From contig NC_090399.1 of the NCBI RefSeq assembly GCF_036365525.1, positions 66,458,862-66,522,861 of the forward strand: a stretch of 64,000 nucleotides of DNA, in the 5' to 3' direction. Positions within the stretch are counted from its first letter, which is position 1. Each line of letters begins with the position of its first letter. The position numbers and the translations under genes were made by a program. Below, piece by piece: positions 1 through 10,539 of the stretch. The stretch is from Heterodontus francisci (taxonomy: Eukaryota). The notes below the pieces were generated by a model. That model searched no databases, was not told the DNA's origin, and saw only the letters and a list, made by a program, of their open reading frames with translations.

Positions 1-212
1 GCATACTTTGAATTTTACACTTCAATGTGATGTAGCAGAGAACTGAAAGTGACCACTGCCTCCAGTTTGAAGTCTTAACCATCATAAAAATACAAACACC
101 CAGGCCTGCACCTTTAAAAATAAATTGTCCTCTGAGAAGATACAACAGGTTTACCGTGAACCCCGAACACCTACCTCACTTCAACCCACTTATCCTTTTC
201 CTCTCTATCCAT

Positions 213-252
<40 letters not shown>

Positions 253-483
253 CCTTGGCATCCACAAGCGTGAGTGAATGTGTGCATATGTGTTTTTGCG
301 ACCATTTCGAGAATGAATAAATTGTTACTATTAATGTGAACCTACAAGGAAACCTGTCACTGTCTGTTTATTTGGCAAATAAAACACAAGGGGTTAAAAC
401 CCTAGTAACAGAAACACTTGCTGTGGTCAGTTGTGAGGTGAACAGTGGGAACAGGCCAGGCCATCCCCCACCTGACTGTAACA
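1..483 (+). mobile_element. LTR-like element 3' portion (possible solo LTR), truncated by window start
   Basis: Ends in ...CCCCACCTGACTGTAACA (TGTAACA at 477-483), has AATAAA at 316-321 downstream of a GT-rich tract, and shows the same layout as the minus-strand element at 7304-8066 (ends CTCACCTGGTCGTAACA). LTR identity is inferred. Confidence 0.4.
217..251. repeat. (GT)n microsatellite
   Basis: Uninterrupted GT run seen directly. Confidence 0.95.
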
Positions 484-785
484 CTTGATGTATTTAAGTG
501 GCACAATTTGATTAATAACAAAAGAATTTTAATCCCAGTGTTAAGTATAGATATAAACATATAGACATATACCACCTGTAAGTAAGACAAATTTAAATTA
601 CTGAAAGTGACTTTTAAAAACTCAACAGAAACATTTGTGTTTATATTGGGGTACAGTAGTTAGTTCCTTAATTAGATATACATTTATATTCTCAAGCTTT
701 TAAAATGTTCCTATTGGTGTTTTTGTTCTCAATGAAGCGGCTAAATTTTTACAGCCTCCTCAAAGGCCACAAACAAATGGAATTA

Positions 786-1030
786 GGGGAAATTCCCAAT
801 GGGGATAAATTCATTCTGGGGGTGGAGCTGTTTTGTGGGCGGGGCTGTTTGATGGGCAGGTCCTGATTTGTGGACGGGGCCTGATTTGTGGGCAGGGCCA
901 GCTACTAACCCAATGTTTATTAAACTGGTGCGAAAGATCACAGAGACTGAAGTAATTTATACTGAAAATTCTGCAATCTCTGGTGCTGGTTTCACTGACT
1001 TCCGGAAAATTGCACAGAGGAAAGCAGCAG
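786..1030. promoter_or_regulatory. Putative enhancer-like motif cluster (NF-kB site, GC boxes, STAT/ETS-like core), copy 1
   Basis: GGGGAAATTCCC at 786-797 (contains GGAAATTCCC, reverse complement GGGAATTTCC); about four TGGGC/ACGGGGC-type repeats at ~835-900; TTCCGGAA near 1000. Motif matches only. Confidence 0.3.
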
Positions 1031-1414
1031 AACTGAGCAGGAAGTCCAGCTGATAGAGATTAACAAGTGACAGAAAAAGGAGGATTATAACAAATGTAAA
1101 CTTCAGAATAGAGAAGCAAGAAATATAGTGGAGAGATAAAAAGGGAATAAGGAGGCAGAGAGAGAGGGTGAGAATCGATCAATGGTTAACATGAAAGGGA
1201 ATGATAAAGTCTTGAATAAACATATAAATTATAAAAGGGTTGTTAATGGAAAGGTGGGGCTGATTACGGACCACAAAGGAGATATTTTCGGGCAGCCACA
1301 CCTCCACCCAGATGTGTTGAGACAGGGCTGCAGGAGGTGAGGGGTTTACTGTCAATAAAAAACAAATGAAAAGATATGGAGTTGACACTGAGAAATGGAT
1401 GGGACTCACAGGGA

Positions 1415-1536
1415 TTTTTTTTATTCTTTCATGTGATGTGGGCACCACTGGCAAGGCCAGCATTTGTTGCCCATCCCTAATTGCCCTTGACAACTGAGTG
1501 GCTTGCTAGGTCATTTCAGAGGGCAGTTAAGAGTCA
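1415..1536 (-). mobile_element. SINE-like element 3' part (copy 1), split by CR1; remnant at 3217-3249
   Basis: T-rich tail, then CATGTGATGTGGGCACCACTGGCAAGGCCAGCATTTGTTGCCCATCCCTAATTGCCCTTGA, shared with the LINE 3' end at 8067-8140, followed by a non-LINE body matching 7085-7130. Confidence 0.7.
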
Positions 1537-3216
1537 TAGACTCAGAGAGTCATCGAGTCGTACAGCATAGAAACAGGCCCTTCGGCCCACCGCGTCCATG
1601 CCGACCATAATGCCTATCTATACTAATTCCACCTGCCTGCATTAATTCCATATCCCTCTGTGCCTTGCTCAATCAAATACCTGTCCAGATGCCTCTTAAA
1701 TGTTGCTGCTGTTCCTGCCTCCACCACCTCCTCAGGCAGCTCATTCCAGATACCCACAATTCTTTGTGTGAAAAATTTACCCCTTTGATCCCCTTTCAAC
1801 CTCCTTCTTAAATCTATGCCCCCTCGTTTTAGTCACCCCTACCATGGGAAACAGACTCTGGCTATCTACCCTATCTATGCCTCTCATAATTTTATATACC
1901 TCTATCATGTCCCCTCTCAGCCTCCTTCGCTCCAGGGATAACAGACCCAGCCTTTCCAATCTCTCTTTATAACTCAAGCCCTCCAAACCAGGCAACATCC
2001 TTGTGAATCTTTTCCGCACCCACTCTGCCTTAATCACATCTTTCCTGTAGTGCGGCAACCAGAACTGCACACATTACTCCACATGCGGTCTAACCAACGT
2101 TATGTACAACTGTAACATGACGTCCCAACTCTTGTCCTCAATGACTCGGCCGATGAAGGCAAGCATGCCATATGCCCTCTTCACCACCCTGTCTACCTGT
2201 GTTGCCACTTTCAGGGAACTATGTACTTGCCCCCCAAGGTCTCTCTGTTCAACAACACTCCCCAGGGCCCTGCCATTCACTGGATATGTCCTGCCCTAAT
2301 TTAACTTCCCAAAATGCGTCACTTCACACTTGTCTGCATTAAATTCCATTTGCCAATCCCTTGCCCACTTTCCCAGTTGATCTATATCCTGCTGTAACCT
2401 TCTTCACTGTCCACTATACCACCAATTTTGGTGTCATCTGCAAACTTACTAATCATGCCCCCTATATTCACATCCAGGTCATTAATATATATGACAAACA
2501 ACAGAGGACCCAGCACCGATCCCTGCGGCACACCACTGGTCACCAGCCTCCAATTGGAAAAACATGACCACCCTCTGCCTCCTATCACTAAGCCAATTTT
2601 GTATCCAATTGGCTAGCTGACCCTGGATCCCATGTGTTAAAACCTTCTGGATCAGCCTACCATGCGGGACCTTGTCAAAGGCTTTGCTAAAGTCCATGCA
2701 GACAACATCCACTGCCCTGCCCTCGTCAATCCTCTTGGTGACCTCCTCAAAAAACTCAATCAAATTCGTGAGACATGATTTCTCACACACCAAGCCATGC
2801 TGACTATCCCTAATCAGACCTTGCCTTTCCAAATGCATATAAATCCTGTCTCTCAGAATCCCTTCCAATAACTTTCCCACCACTGATGTAAGGCTCACCG
2901 GCCTGTAGGACCCTGGCTTATCCCTGCTGCCCTTCTTAAATAAAGGCACAACATTAGCTATCCTCCAATCTTCCGGTACCTCACCCGTGGCCTCTCCTTT
3001 ATCTTATCTGCCAGGGAAATCTCATGGCCCCTTTTCGCCCTGCTAATTTCCTTCTTAAGTGTGCTCCTGCATCCCTTATACTCCTCGAGGGACTCGCTCG
3101 ATCCCAGCTGCCTATACCTGACATATGCCTCCTTCTTTGTCCTGACCAGACCCTCAATATCCCTCTTCAGCCAGGGTTCCCTAAACTTGCCAGCCTTGCC
3201 CTTCCATCTAACAGGA
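1531..3216 (-). mobile_element. CR1-clade LINE (HER1-like), 5'-truncated, frameshifted ORF2 reverse transcriptase
   Basis: ORF fragments YRPVSLTSVVGKLLE, DFSKAFDKVPH, SGVPQGSVLGP, KFADDTK, RDLG, LERRRLRGDMIEVYKIM; 8-bp repeat tail GAGTCATA/GACTCAGA/GAGTCATC/GAGTCGTA at 1531-1562. Probable internal deletion near 2990 (inference). Confidence 0.93.
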
Positions 3217-3243
3217 ACATTATTGTGGGTCCAGAGTTACATG

Positions 3244-3830
3244 GCCAGAACTTCTAAACCACCACCAAGATGTAGCTTGGCTGGTGGTGAAAAGGGCCTT
3301 CACCCAGAGTCTCACCACCTCCACATACTGCCCTCGCGATGGCTGTGGTGAAGAGACCATCACCCACCTCCTTCTGGAATGTGCCTTTACAAAGCAGGTG
3401 TGGAAAGAGATGCAGTGGTTTTTCTCAAGGTTCATCCAGAGTAACTCCGTAATGCAGGACTGAGCACTCTACGGGCTGTTCCCAGGGATGCACACGGAGA
3501 TAAACATCAACTGCTACGGAGGACCATCAACACAGTGGAAGACGCTCCTTTGGTCTGCCTGAAACTTGCTAGTCTTCCAGTGTGAAGAGTTGTCCACGAC
3601 TGACTGTTGCAGACTGGCACATTCCACTGTCCAGGACTATATACTGAGGGACACACTAAAGCTTGGGGCAGCCGCAGCAAAGGCTCAATGGGGAAAGACC
3701 CCTGTGTAATGTCCTCCCACCATAGCGAACCGAGGGGCTGGAACCTGTATAAAACTCCTCGGGCTGGATACACCTGAGAATGTTTGACTTTGTGAATGTA
3801 ACCTGGAATGGTTTGACTCCTCCCTGTGAA
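3244..3830 (+). mobile_element. Tx1/L1-group LINE 3' fragment with CCHC zinc knuckle (zf-RVT-like), degraded
   Basis: Manual plus-strand translation from ~3327: YCPRDGCGEETITHLLLECAFTKQVWKEMQW, preceded by HQDVAWLVVKRA; stops and frameshifts present. Confidence 0.7.
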
Positions 3831-3926
3831 TCATCCAGAAATTCCCAGCTCCACACACTGTTTCCCTTTCACTTTAAACAGACAGGGGTTTATTTATGTA
3901 TAGGGACATTCAGCCTCCCCCTCCCC

Positions 3927-5575
3927 CTGACACACAACACTGTCACTCCCACAGTGTGAGCAGCTCACACCCACCCTGACACACGACACTGTCACTCCCA
4001 CAGTGTGAGCAGCTCACACCCACCCTGACACATGACACTGTCACCCCCACAGTGTGAGCAGCTCACACCCACCCTGACACACGACACTGTCACTCCCACA
4101 GTGTGAGCAGCTCACACCCACCCTGACACATGACACTGTCACTCCCACAGTGTGAGCAGCTCACACCCACCCTGACACATGACACTGTCACTCCCACAGT
4201 GTGAGCAGCTCACACCCACCCTGACACATGACACTGTCACTCCCACAGTGTGAGCAGCTCACACCCACCCTGACACATGACACTGTCACCCCCACAGTGT
4301 GAGCAGCTCACACCCACCCTGACACATGACACTGTCCCTCCCACAGTGCGAGCAGCTCACACCCACCCTGACACACGACACCGTCACTCCCACAGTGCGA
4401 GCAGCTCACACTCACCTGACACACGACACCGTCACTCCCACAGTGCGAGCAGCTCACACCCACCCTGACACACGAGACCGTCACTCCCACAGTGTGAGCA
4501 GCTCACACCCACCCTGACACACGACACCGTCACTCCCACAGTGCGAGCAGCTCACACCCACCCTGACACACGACACCGTCACTCCCACAGTGCGAGCAGC
4601 TCACACCCATCCTGACACACGACACTGTCACTCCCAGTGTGAGCAGCTCACACCCACCCTGACACCCGACACCGTGACGCCCACAGTGCGAGCAGCTCAC
4701 ACCCACCCTGACACACGACACCGTCACTCCCAGTGTGAGAAGCTCACACCCACCCTGACACCCGACACCGTGACGCCCACAGTGCGAGCAGCTCACACCC
4801 ACCCTGACACACGACACCGTCAGGCCCACAGTGTGAGCAGCTCCCCCCCACCCCAACACACGACACTGTCACTCCCAGTGTGAGAAGCTCACACCCACCC
4901 TGACACACGACACTGTCACTGCCACAGTGTGAGCAGCTCACACCCACCCTGACACACAATACTGTCACTCTCACAGTGTGAGCAGCTCACACCCACCCTG
5001 ACACTGTCACCCCCACAGTGTGAGCAGCTCACACCCACCCTGACACACGACACTGTCACTCTCACAGTGTGAGCAGCTCACACCCACCCTGACACACGAC
5101 ACTGTCACTCCCACAGTGTGAGCAGCTCACACCCAACCTGACACACGACAGCGTCACTCCCACAGTGTGAACAGCTCACACCCACCCTGACACACGACAC
5201 TGTCACTCCCACAGTGTGAGCAGCTCACACCCACCCTGACACACGACAGCGTCACTCCCACAATGTGAACAGCTCACACCCACCCTGACACACGACACTG
5301 TCACTCCCACAGTGTGAGCAGCTCACACCCACCCTGACACACGACACTGTCACTCCCACAGTGTGAGCAGCTCACACCCACCCTGACACACAACATTGTC
5401 ACTCCCAGTGTGAGCAGCTCACACCCACCCTGACACACAACACTGTCACTCCCACAGTGTGAGCAGCTCACACCCACCCTGACACACAACACTGTCACTC
5501 CCACAGTGTGAGCAGCTCACACCCACCCTGACACACGACACCGAGTGTGAGCAGCTCACACCCACCCTGACACAC
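3927..5575. repeat. 49-bp minisatellite, ~33 copies (CCCTGACACACGACACTGTCACTCCCACAGTGTGAGCAGCTCACACCCA)
   Basis: Period 49 (CAGCTCACAC at 3961 and 4010); blocks of variants (CATGAC, CACCGT/GTGCGA, 47-bp CCCAGTG units). Confidence 0.96.
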
Positions 5576-5851
5576 TCAGTCTGTTACTGCAGCTCAATAC
5601 AGCCCTGAGTGGAGAGAGACCAATCAGAATAAAGATCTGACTGTAATCATCTGTTGCTGGGCAGAGTGTGGGAATTCAGGTTTGTTCCAGACACACGAGC
5701 AGAGGAACAGCCTCCGGCTCCCCCTGTGGACAAAGGAGGATCTGCAGTGTGTCCTTTATTCATTGGGGGATAATGGGGAGGCAGTGCAGGGCTGATAGTG
5801 GGAGAGAGAGAGAGAGAGATCTCAGTGCATGGGGGGGTGGGTCCAGAGATC

Positions 5852-6026
5852 CCCACACTCACACCCACACCCAGCTCACACTCACATCCAGACCCAGACC
5901 CAGCTCACACCCAGATTCAGCCCACACTCACAACCAGACCCAGCTCACTCTCACGCCCATACGCAGCTCACACCCAGATCCAGCTCACACTCACGCTCAC
6001 ATGCAGCTCACTCACACCCTACACAG
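5852..6026. repeat. Degenerate CA-rich low-complexity repeat (CCAGCTCACAC / CCCAGA motifs)
   Basis: Repeated CAGCTCACAC, the same core as the 49-bp minisatellite. Confidence 0.6.
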
Positions 6027-6188
6027 ACATTGTTCCAAAATGTAATTTTGTTCAAACTTTTGCTTTAAATAATGTTCTGTCCTGATCTTAAATCAGTTTA
6101 AGTGTGATCACATGATGCTGTTTGATCAATAATGTTGAATATGGGTTTAATCATAAAAAAAATAATTTTTAATCACACTGTCAATCAC

Positions 6189-7160
6189 CCACCTGTGAAT
6201 AACCCAATTTAAAATTTCTGAAAATGACTCTTAAAAAGTCTATGGAGTCAGTTTCTTGCTGAATTAAAAATACATTTATATTCTAAAGATTTTAAAACAT
6301 TCCTATTGGTGTTCTTGTTCTTCATGAAGCAGCTACGTTTTTACAGCCTCCTTGAAGGCCGCAAACAAGTGGAATTAGTGGAAATTCCCAGTTGGGATAA
6401 ATTCAATCTGGAGGCGGCACCTGGTTTTGGGCGGGAACTGTTTGTGGGCGGGGCCAGACTCATTTATTAAACAGCTATGTTTAATGATAAGCTATGTTTA
6501 TGAAACTGGTGCTAAAGATCACAGAGACTCGATTTGTGCTGAATGTAATTTACACTGAAAATTCTGCAATCTCTGGCGCTGGTTTCACTGATTTCCGGAA
6601 AATTGCACAGAGGAAAGCAGCAGAACTGAGCAGGAAGTCCAGCTCATAGAGATTAACAAGAGACAGAAAAAGGAGGATTATAACAAATGTAATCTTCAGA
6701 ATAGAGAAGCAAGAAATATAGTGGAGTGATAAAAAGGGAATAAGGAGGCAGAGAGAGAGGGTGAGAATCGATCAATGGTTAACATGAAAGGGAATGATAA
6801 AGTCTTGAATAAACATATAAATTGGAAAAGGGTTGTTAAAGGAAAGGTGGGGCTGATTACGGACCACAAAGGAGATATTCTCGGGCAGCCACACCTACAG
6901 CCAGATGTGTTGAGACAGGGCTGTAGGAAGTGAGGGGTTTACTGTCAATAATAAACAAATGAAAAGATATGGAGCTGACACTGAGAAATGGATGGGACTC
7001 ACAGGGATTTTTTCTATTCTTTCATGGGATGTGGGCCCCACTGGCAAGGCCAGCATTTGTTGCCCATCCCTAATTGCCCATGACAGCTGAGTGGCTTGCT
7101 AGGTCATTTCAGAGGGCAGTTAAGAGTCAGTCACATTATTGTGGGTCCAGAGTTACATGT
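6189..7160 (+). repeat. Local duplication, copy 2 (retains the empty CR1 insertion site)
   Basis: Matches 570-1536 and continues without a break as AAGAGTCAGTCACATTATTGTGGGTCCAGAGTTACATG (7122-7159), which in copy 1 is split by the CR1. Confidence 0.92.
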
Positions 7161-7303
7161 AGGCCAGACCAGGTAAGGACAGCAGATTTCCTTCCCTAAA
7201 GGACATTAGTGAACCGGATGAGTTTTTACAACGATTGACAATAGTTTTATGGTACCATTACTGAGACTAGCTTCTAATTCCAGGTTTGATTAATCAATTG
7301 CCT
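7008..7303 (-). mobile_element. SINE-like element (copy 2) sharing its 3' tail with the LINE at 8067-10034
   Basis: T-rich tail, shared ~60-bp LINE tail, non-coding body (GATTTCCTTCCCTAAAGGACATTAGTGAACC...); cut off by the LTR-like element at 7304. Confidence 0.72.
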
Positions 7304-8066
7304 TGTTACGACCAGGTGAGAAAGATGTCGAGGGATCTTTTACTGTCTTCACCTGGTCTTATTGTAAAAGGGTTTAATTTTTAAACACACTGTGTTTTGA
7401 GCTCCCACTTTGGTGAATTCTTGTTCACCACTTTCCAATTATAAGGCAAAGAAATGAGCATAAACAGGCTTTCTTTGGTTTAAAGAAGAAAAGTGAAATT
7501 TATTAAAAACGTAAACTTAAACTCTAATACAGTTAGAGCCTCCAGATATACGTCGCACCCATGCAAGCATGCATATGCGATATGCACATGCAAATAGGGA
7601 CAGAAAAGAGAAGAAAAATAAAATGGAGAGGTCTGAGGCAATCTGTGAAGAGGGGTTTTTACTGTGCTTCGAGCTCGCTGTAGGGTCCTTGATTGTAGGT
7701 AGTTCTTGCTTTTCATTGGGGCCCAGTATTCTTCTTAAAACCTGTTCACCGTAGGAGACTTTTCTCTCTTGGGGTTCATATGTCTTCAATGGTTTCCGAA
7801 GCTGGTGAGAGTGAGATGGGAGCAGATGGGAGAGAGATCTTTTCCAGTCCAGGAGCAAACAGCTTTCTCATTTCAAGTTCCCTGTTGGAAGCTCAAATTC
7901 AAAAAACTCCAACAGTCAGTTAGCCATGTGACCCAAACCGGTCCGACCACGTCTGTTTGTGTATTCGGCCATCTTAACAGTTAACCTGGAATGCTAGCCT
8001 TTCCACCTTCAATGTCTGGTAATCAAAAGTCCATTGTGGGTTAAATTGGAGCAGGGAATAGCCCCC
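7304..8066 (-). mobile_element. LTR-like element, interrupted by the LINE at 8067
   Basis: Terminus TGTTACGACCAGGTGAG (minus strand ...GTAACA); internal inverted repeat GACCAGGTGA / TCACCTGGTC; minus-strand AATAAA at 7499-7504; no coding capacity. Confidence 0.45.
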
Positions 8067-10034
8067 TTTTTATACATTCATGGGACGTGGGCATCGCTGG
8101 CTAGGCCAGCATTGATTGCCCATCCCTAATTGCCCTTGAGAAGGTGGTGGTGAGCTGCCTTCTTGAACTGCTGCAGTCCATGTGGGGTAGGTACACCCAC
8201 AGTGCTGTGAGGAAGGGAGTTCCAGGATTTTGAAACAGCGACAGCGAAGGAACAGCAATATAGTTCCAAGTCAGGATGGTGTGCAACTTGGAGGGAACTT
8301 GCAGGTGGTGGTGTTCCCATGCATTTGCTGCCCTTGTCCTTCTAGTTGGTAGAGGTCGCGGGTTTGGAAGGTGCTGTCTAAGGAGCCTTGGTGCATTGCT
8401 GCAGTGCATCTTGCAGATGGTACACACTGCTGCCACTGTGCGTCGGTGGTGGAGAGAGTGAATGTTTGTAGATGGGGTGCCAATCAAGCGGGCTGCTTTG
8501 TCCTGGATGGTGTCGAGCTTCTTGAGTGTTGTTGGAGCTGCACCCATCAAGGCAAGTGGAGAGTATTCCATCACACTCCTGACTTGTGCCGTGTAGATCG
8601 TGGGCAGGCATTGGGGAGTCAGGAGGTGAGATACTCGTCGCAGGATTCCTAGCCTCTGACCTGCTCTTGTAGCCACGGTATTTATATGGCGACTCCAGTT
8701 CAGTTTCTTGTCAATGGTAACTTCCAGGATGTTGATAGTGAAGCATTCAGCGATGGCAATGCCACTGAATGTCAAGGGGAGATGGTTAGATTCTCTCTTG
8801 TTGGAGATGGTCATTGCCTGGCCCTTGTGTGGCGCAAATGTTACTTGCCACTTATCAGCCCAAGCCTGGATATTATCCATGTATTGTTACATTTCTACAC
8901 GGACTGCTTCAGTATCTGAGGAGTTGCGAATGGTGCTGAACATTGTGCAATCATCAGCGAATATCCCCACTTCTGAGCTGAAGATGGTTGGGCATAGGAC
9001 ACTACCCAGAGGAAGTCCTAGAGTGATGTCCTAGAGCTCAGATGATTGACCTCCAACAACCACAACCATCTTCCTTTGCGCTAGGTATGACTCCAGCCAG
9101 CGGAGGGTTTTCCCCCTGATTCCCATTGACTTCAGTTTTGCTAGGGCTCCTTGATGCCATACTCGGTCAAATGCTGCCTTGATGTCAAGGGCAGTCACTC
9201 TCACCTCACCTCTTGAATTCAGCTCTTTTGTCCATGTTTGAACCAAGGCTGTAATGAGGTCAGGAGCTGAGTGACCCTGGCGGAACCCAAACTGAGTGTC
9301 ACTGAGCAGGTTATTGCTCAGCAAGTGCTGCTTGATGGCACTGTTGATGACACCGTCCATCACTTTACTGATGATTGAGAGTAGACTGATGGGGCAGCAA
9401 TTGGCCAGTTGGACCTGTTCTGCTTTTTGTGTACAGGACATACCTGGGCAATTTTCCACATTGCGGGGTAGATGCCAGTGTTGTAGCTGTACTGGAACAG
9501 CTTGGCTAGGGGCGCGGCAAGTTCTGGAGCACAGGTCTTCAGTACTATTGCCGGAATACTGTCAGGGCCCATAGCCTTTGCAGTATCCAGTTCCTTCAGT
9601 CATTTCTTGATATCATGTGGAGTGAATCGAATTGGCTGAAGTCTGGCATCTGTGATGCTGGGGACTTCAGGAGGAGGCCGAGATGGATCATCAACTCGGC
9701 ACTTCTGGCTGAAGATTGTTGCAAATGCTTCAGTCTTATCTTTCGCACTGATGTGCTGGGCTCCACCATCATTGAGGATGGGGATATTTGTGGAGCCACC
9801 TCATCCAGTTAGTTGTTTAATTGTCCACCACCATTCACGACTGGATGTGGCGGGACTGCAGAGCTTAGATCTGATCTGTTGGTTAGGGGATTGCTTTGCT
9901 CTGTCTGTCGCATGCTGCTTATGCAGTTTGGCATGCAAGTAGTCCTGGGTTGTAGCTTCACCAGGTTGACACCTCATTTTGAGGTATGCCTGGTGCTGCT
10001 CCTGGCATGCCCTCCTGCACTCTTCATTGAACCA
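8067..10034 (-). mobile_element. CR1-group (L2/Crack-like) LINE, 5'-truncated, disrupted ORF2 RT
   Basis: GPDSIPAIVLKTCAPELAAPL, PISLLSIISKVM, QFGFRQGHS, DIKAAFDRVWH; FADD encoded at 8950-8961 (minus); W...WQVTFAP and RSVMEYS in the 259-aa ORF; frameshifts and a short deletion just before FADD. Confidence 0.9.
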
Positions 10035-10150
10035 TCAACACCTCCCCACACACACACACAGATCAGCACAGACCATTAAACTTGTACATTCTCCCTGGTA
10101 ACTGATGATATCTACATTGCCTTTCTCTGAATGGATAGTTGAATTTATTT

Positions 10151-10242
10151 GGAAAGTTTATTTCCACAACTCCAGGACTCTCCTACCCAGAGACCGATGA
10201 TTCACAGGCTATTTTTATTCTCATTGGCTCACTGGTATATTA
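10151..10242 (+). promoter_or_regulatory. MHC-type promoter module: ISRE-like, X1, X2, Y box, TATA-like
   Basis: X1 CCCAGAGACCGATG (10186-10199); X2 TGATTCA (10198-10204); exactly 20 nt to Y box CTCATTGG (10220-10227), as in the HLA-DRA X-Y arrangement; imperfect ISRE AGTTTATTTCC (10155-10165); TATATTA (10236-10242). Confidence 0.68.
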
Positions 10243-10385
10243 GTGTCCGATCAGTATGGAGATGTCTGAGTAATCCGGAACACTTCCTGGTTTGATACAA
10301 TCAGCACTGCAATGGGCACACAGGCAGTTTGATGGGAAAGGATTCCCGACAATCTGTTCAACCCAGCCTATCGTGGGATGCAGCA

Positions 10386-10434
10386 ATGATTGGACTGATA
10401 GAGCTGGTCCTGCTGTGTGGAGGGGTCTCTGCAG
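10386..10434 (+). CDS. Exon 1 (signal peptide) of a probable MHC class I heavy-chain gene or pseudogene: MIGLIELVLLCGGVSA + G (phase 1)
   Basis: ATG at 10386 (G at -3), 16 mostly hydrophobic codons ending in the cleavage-type V-S-A, then G|GTGGGT donor (phase 1, as in MHC leader exons). The peptide resembles shark class I leaders as recalled (…LVLLCGGVSA) and sits ~160 bp downstream of an X-Y module. Confidence 0.62.
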
Positions 10435-10539
10435 GTGGGTAATGGGGACTGAGGGGGTCTGAGTGCCAGGCTGGGTACTGGGGTATTAACCCTGTCAGTG
10501 GGTGATGAGGACTGAGATGATCTCAGTGCTCGGCTGGGT
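10435..10539. repeat. 65-bp minisatellite, left part (starts at the splice donor)
   Basis: GTGGGTAATGGGGACTGAG.GGGTCTGAGTGCCAGGCTGGGTACTGGGGTATTAACCCT(C)GTCA; continues at 11740-11925 after the RTE insertion. Confidence 0.85.

Larger units (their letters stand above)
570..1536 (+). repeat. Local duplication, copy 1 (paralogue of 6189-7160; resumes at 3217-3249 after the CR1 insertion)
   Basis: Colinear match to copy 2, e.g. GAAAATTCTGCAATCTCTGG...GGAAAATTGCACAGAGGAAAGCAGCAGAACTGAGCAGGAAGTCCAGCT in both; offset about 5.6 kb. Confidence 0.92.

Noticed and set aside
868-1053. 61-aa ORF in duplication copy 1
   Set aside because: Non-ATG start; the paralogous copy has indels in this region; no recognisable domain.
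3927-5575. Palindromic 49-bp repeat as a CRISPR array, or its Cys-rich ORFs as a protein
   Set aside because: Head-to-tail units without spacers; the ORFs are repeat translations.
10334-10347. GGGAAAGGATTCCC as class I enhancer A
   Set aside because: Imperfect kB match and located downstream of the Y box, not in the enhancer A position.
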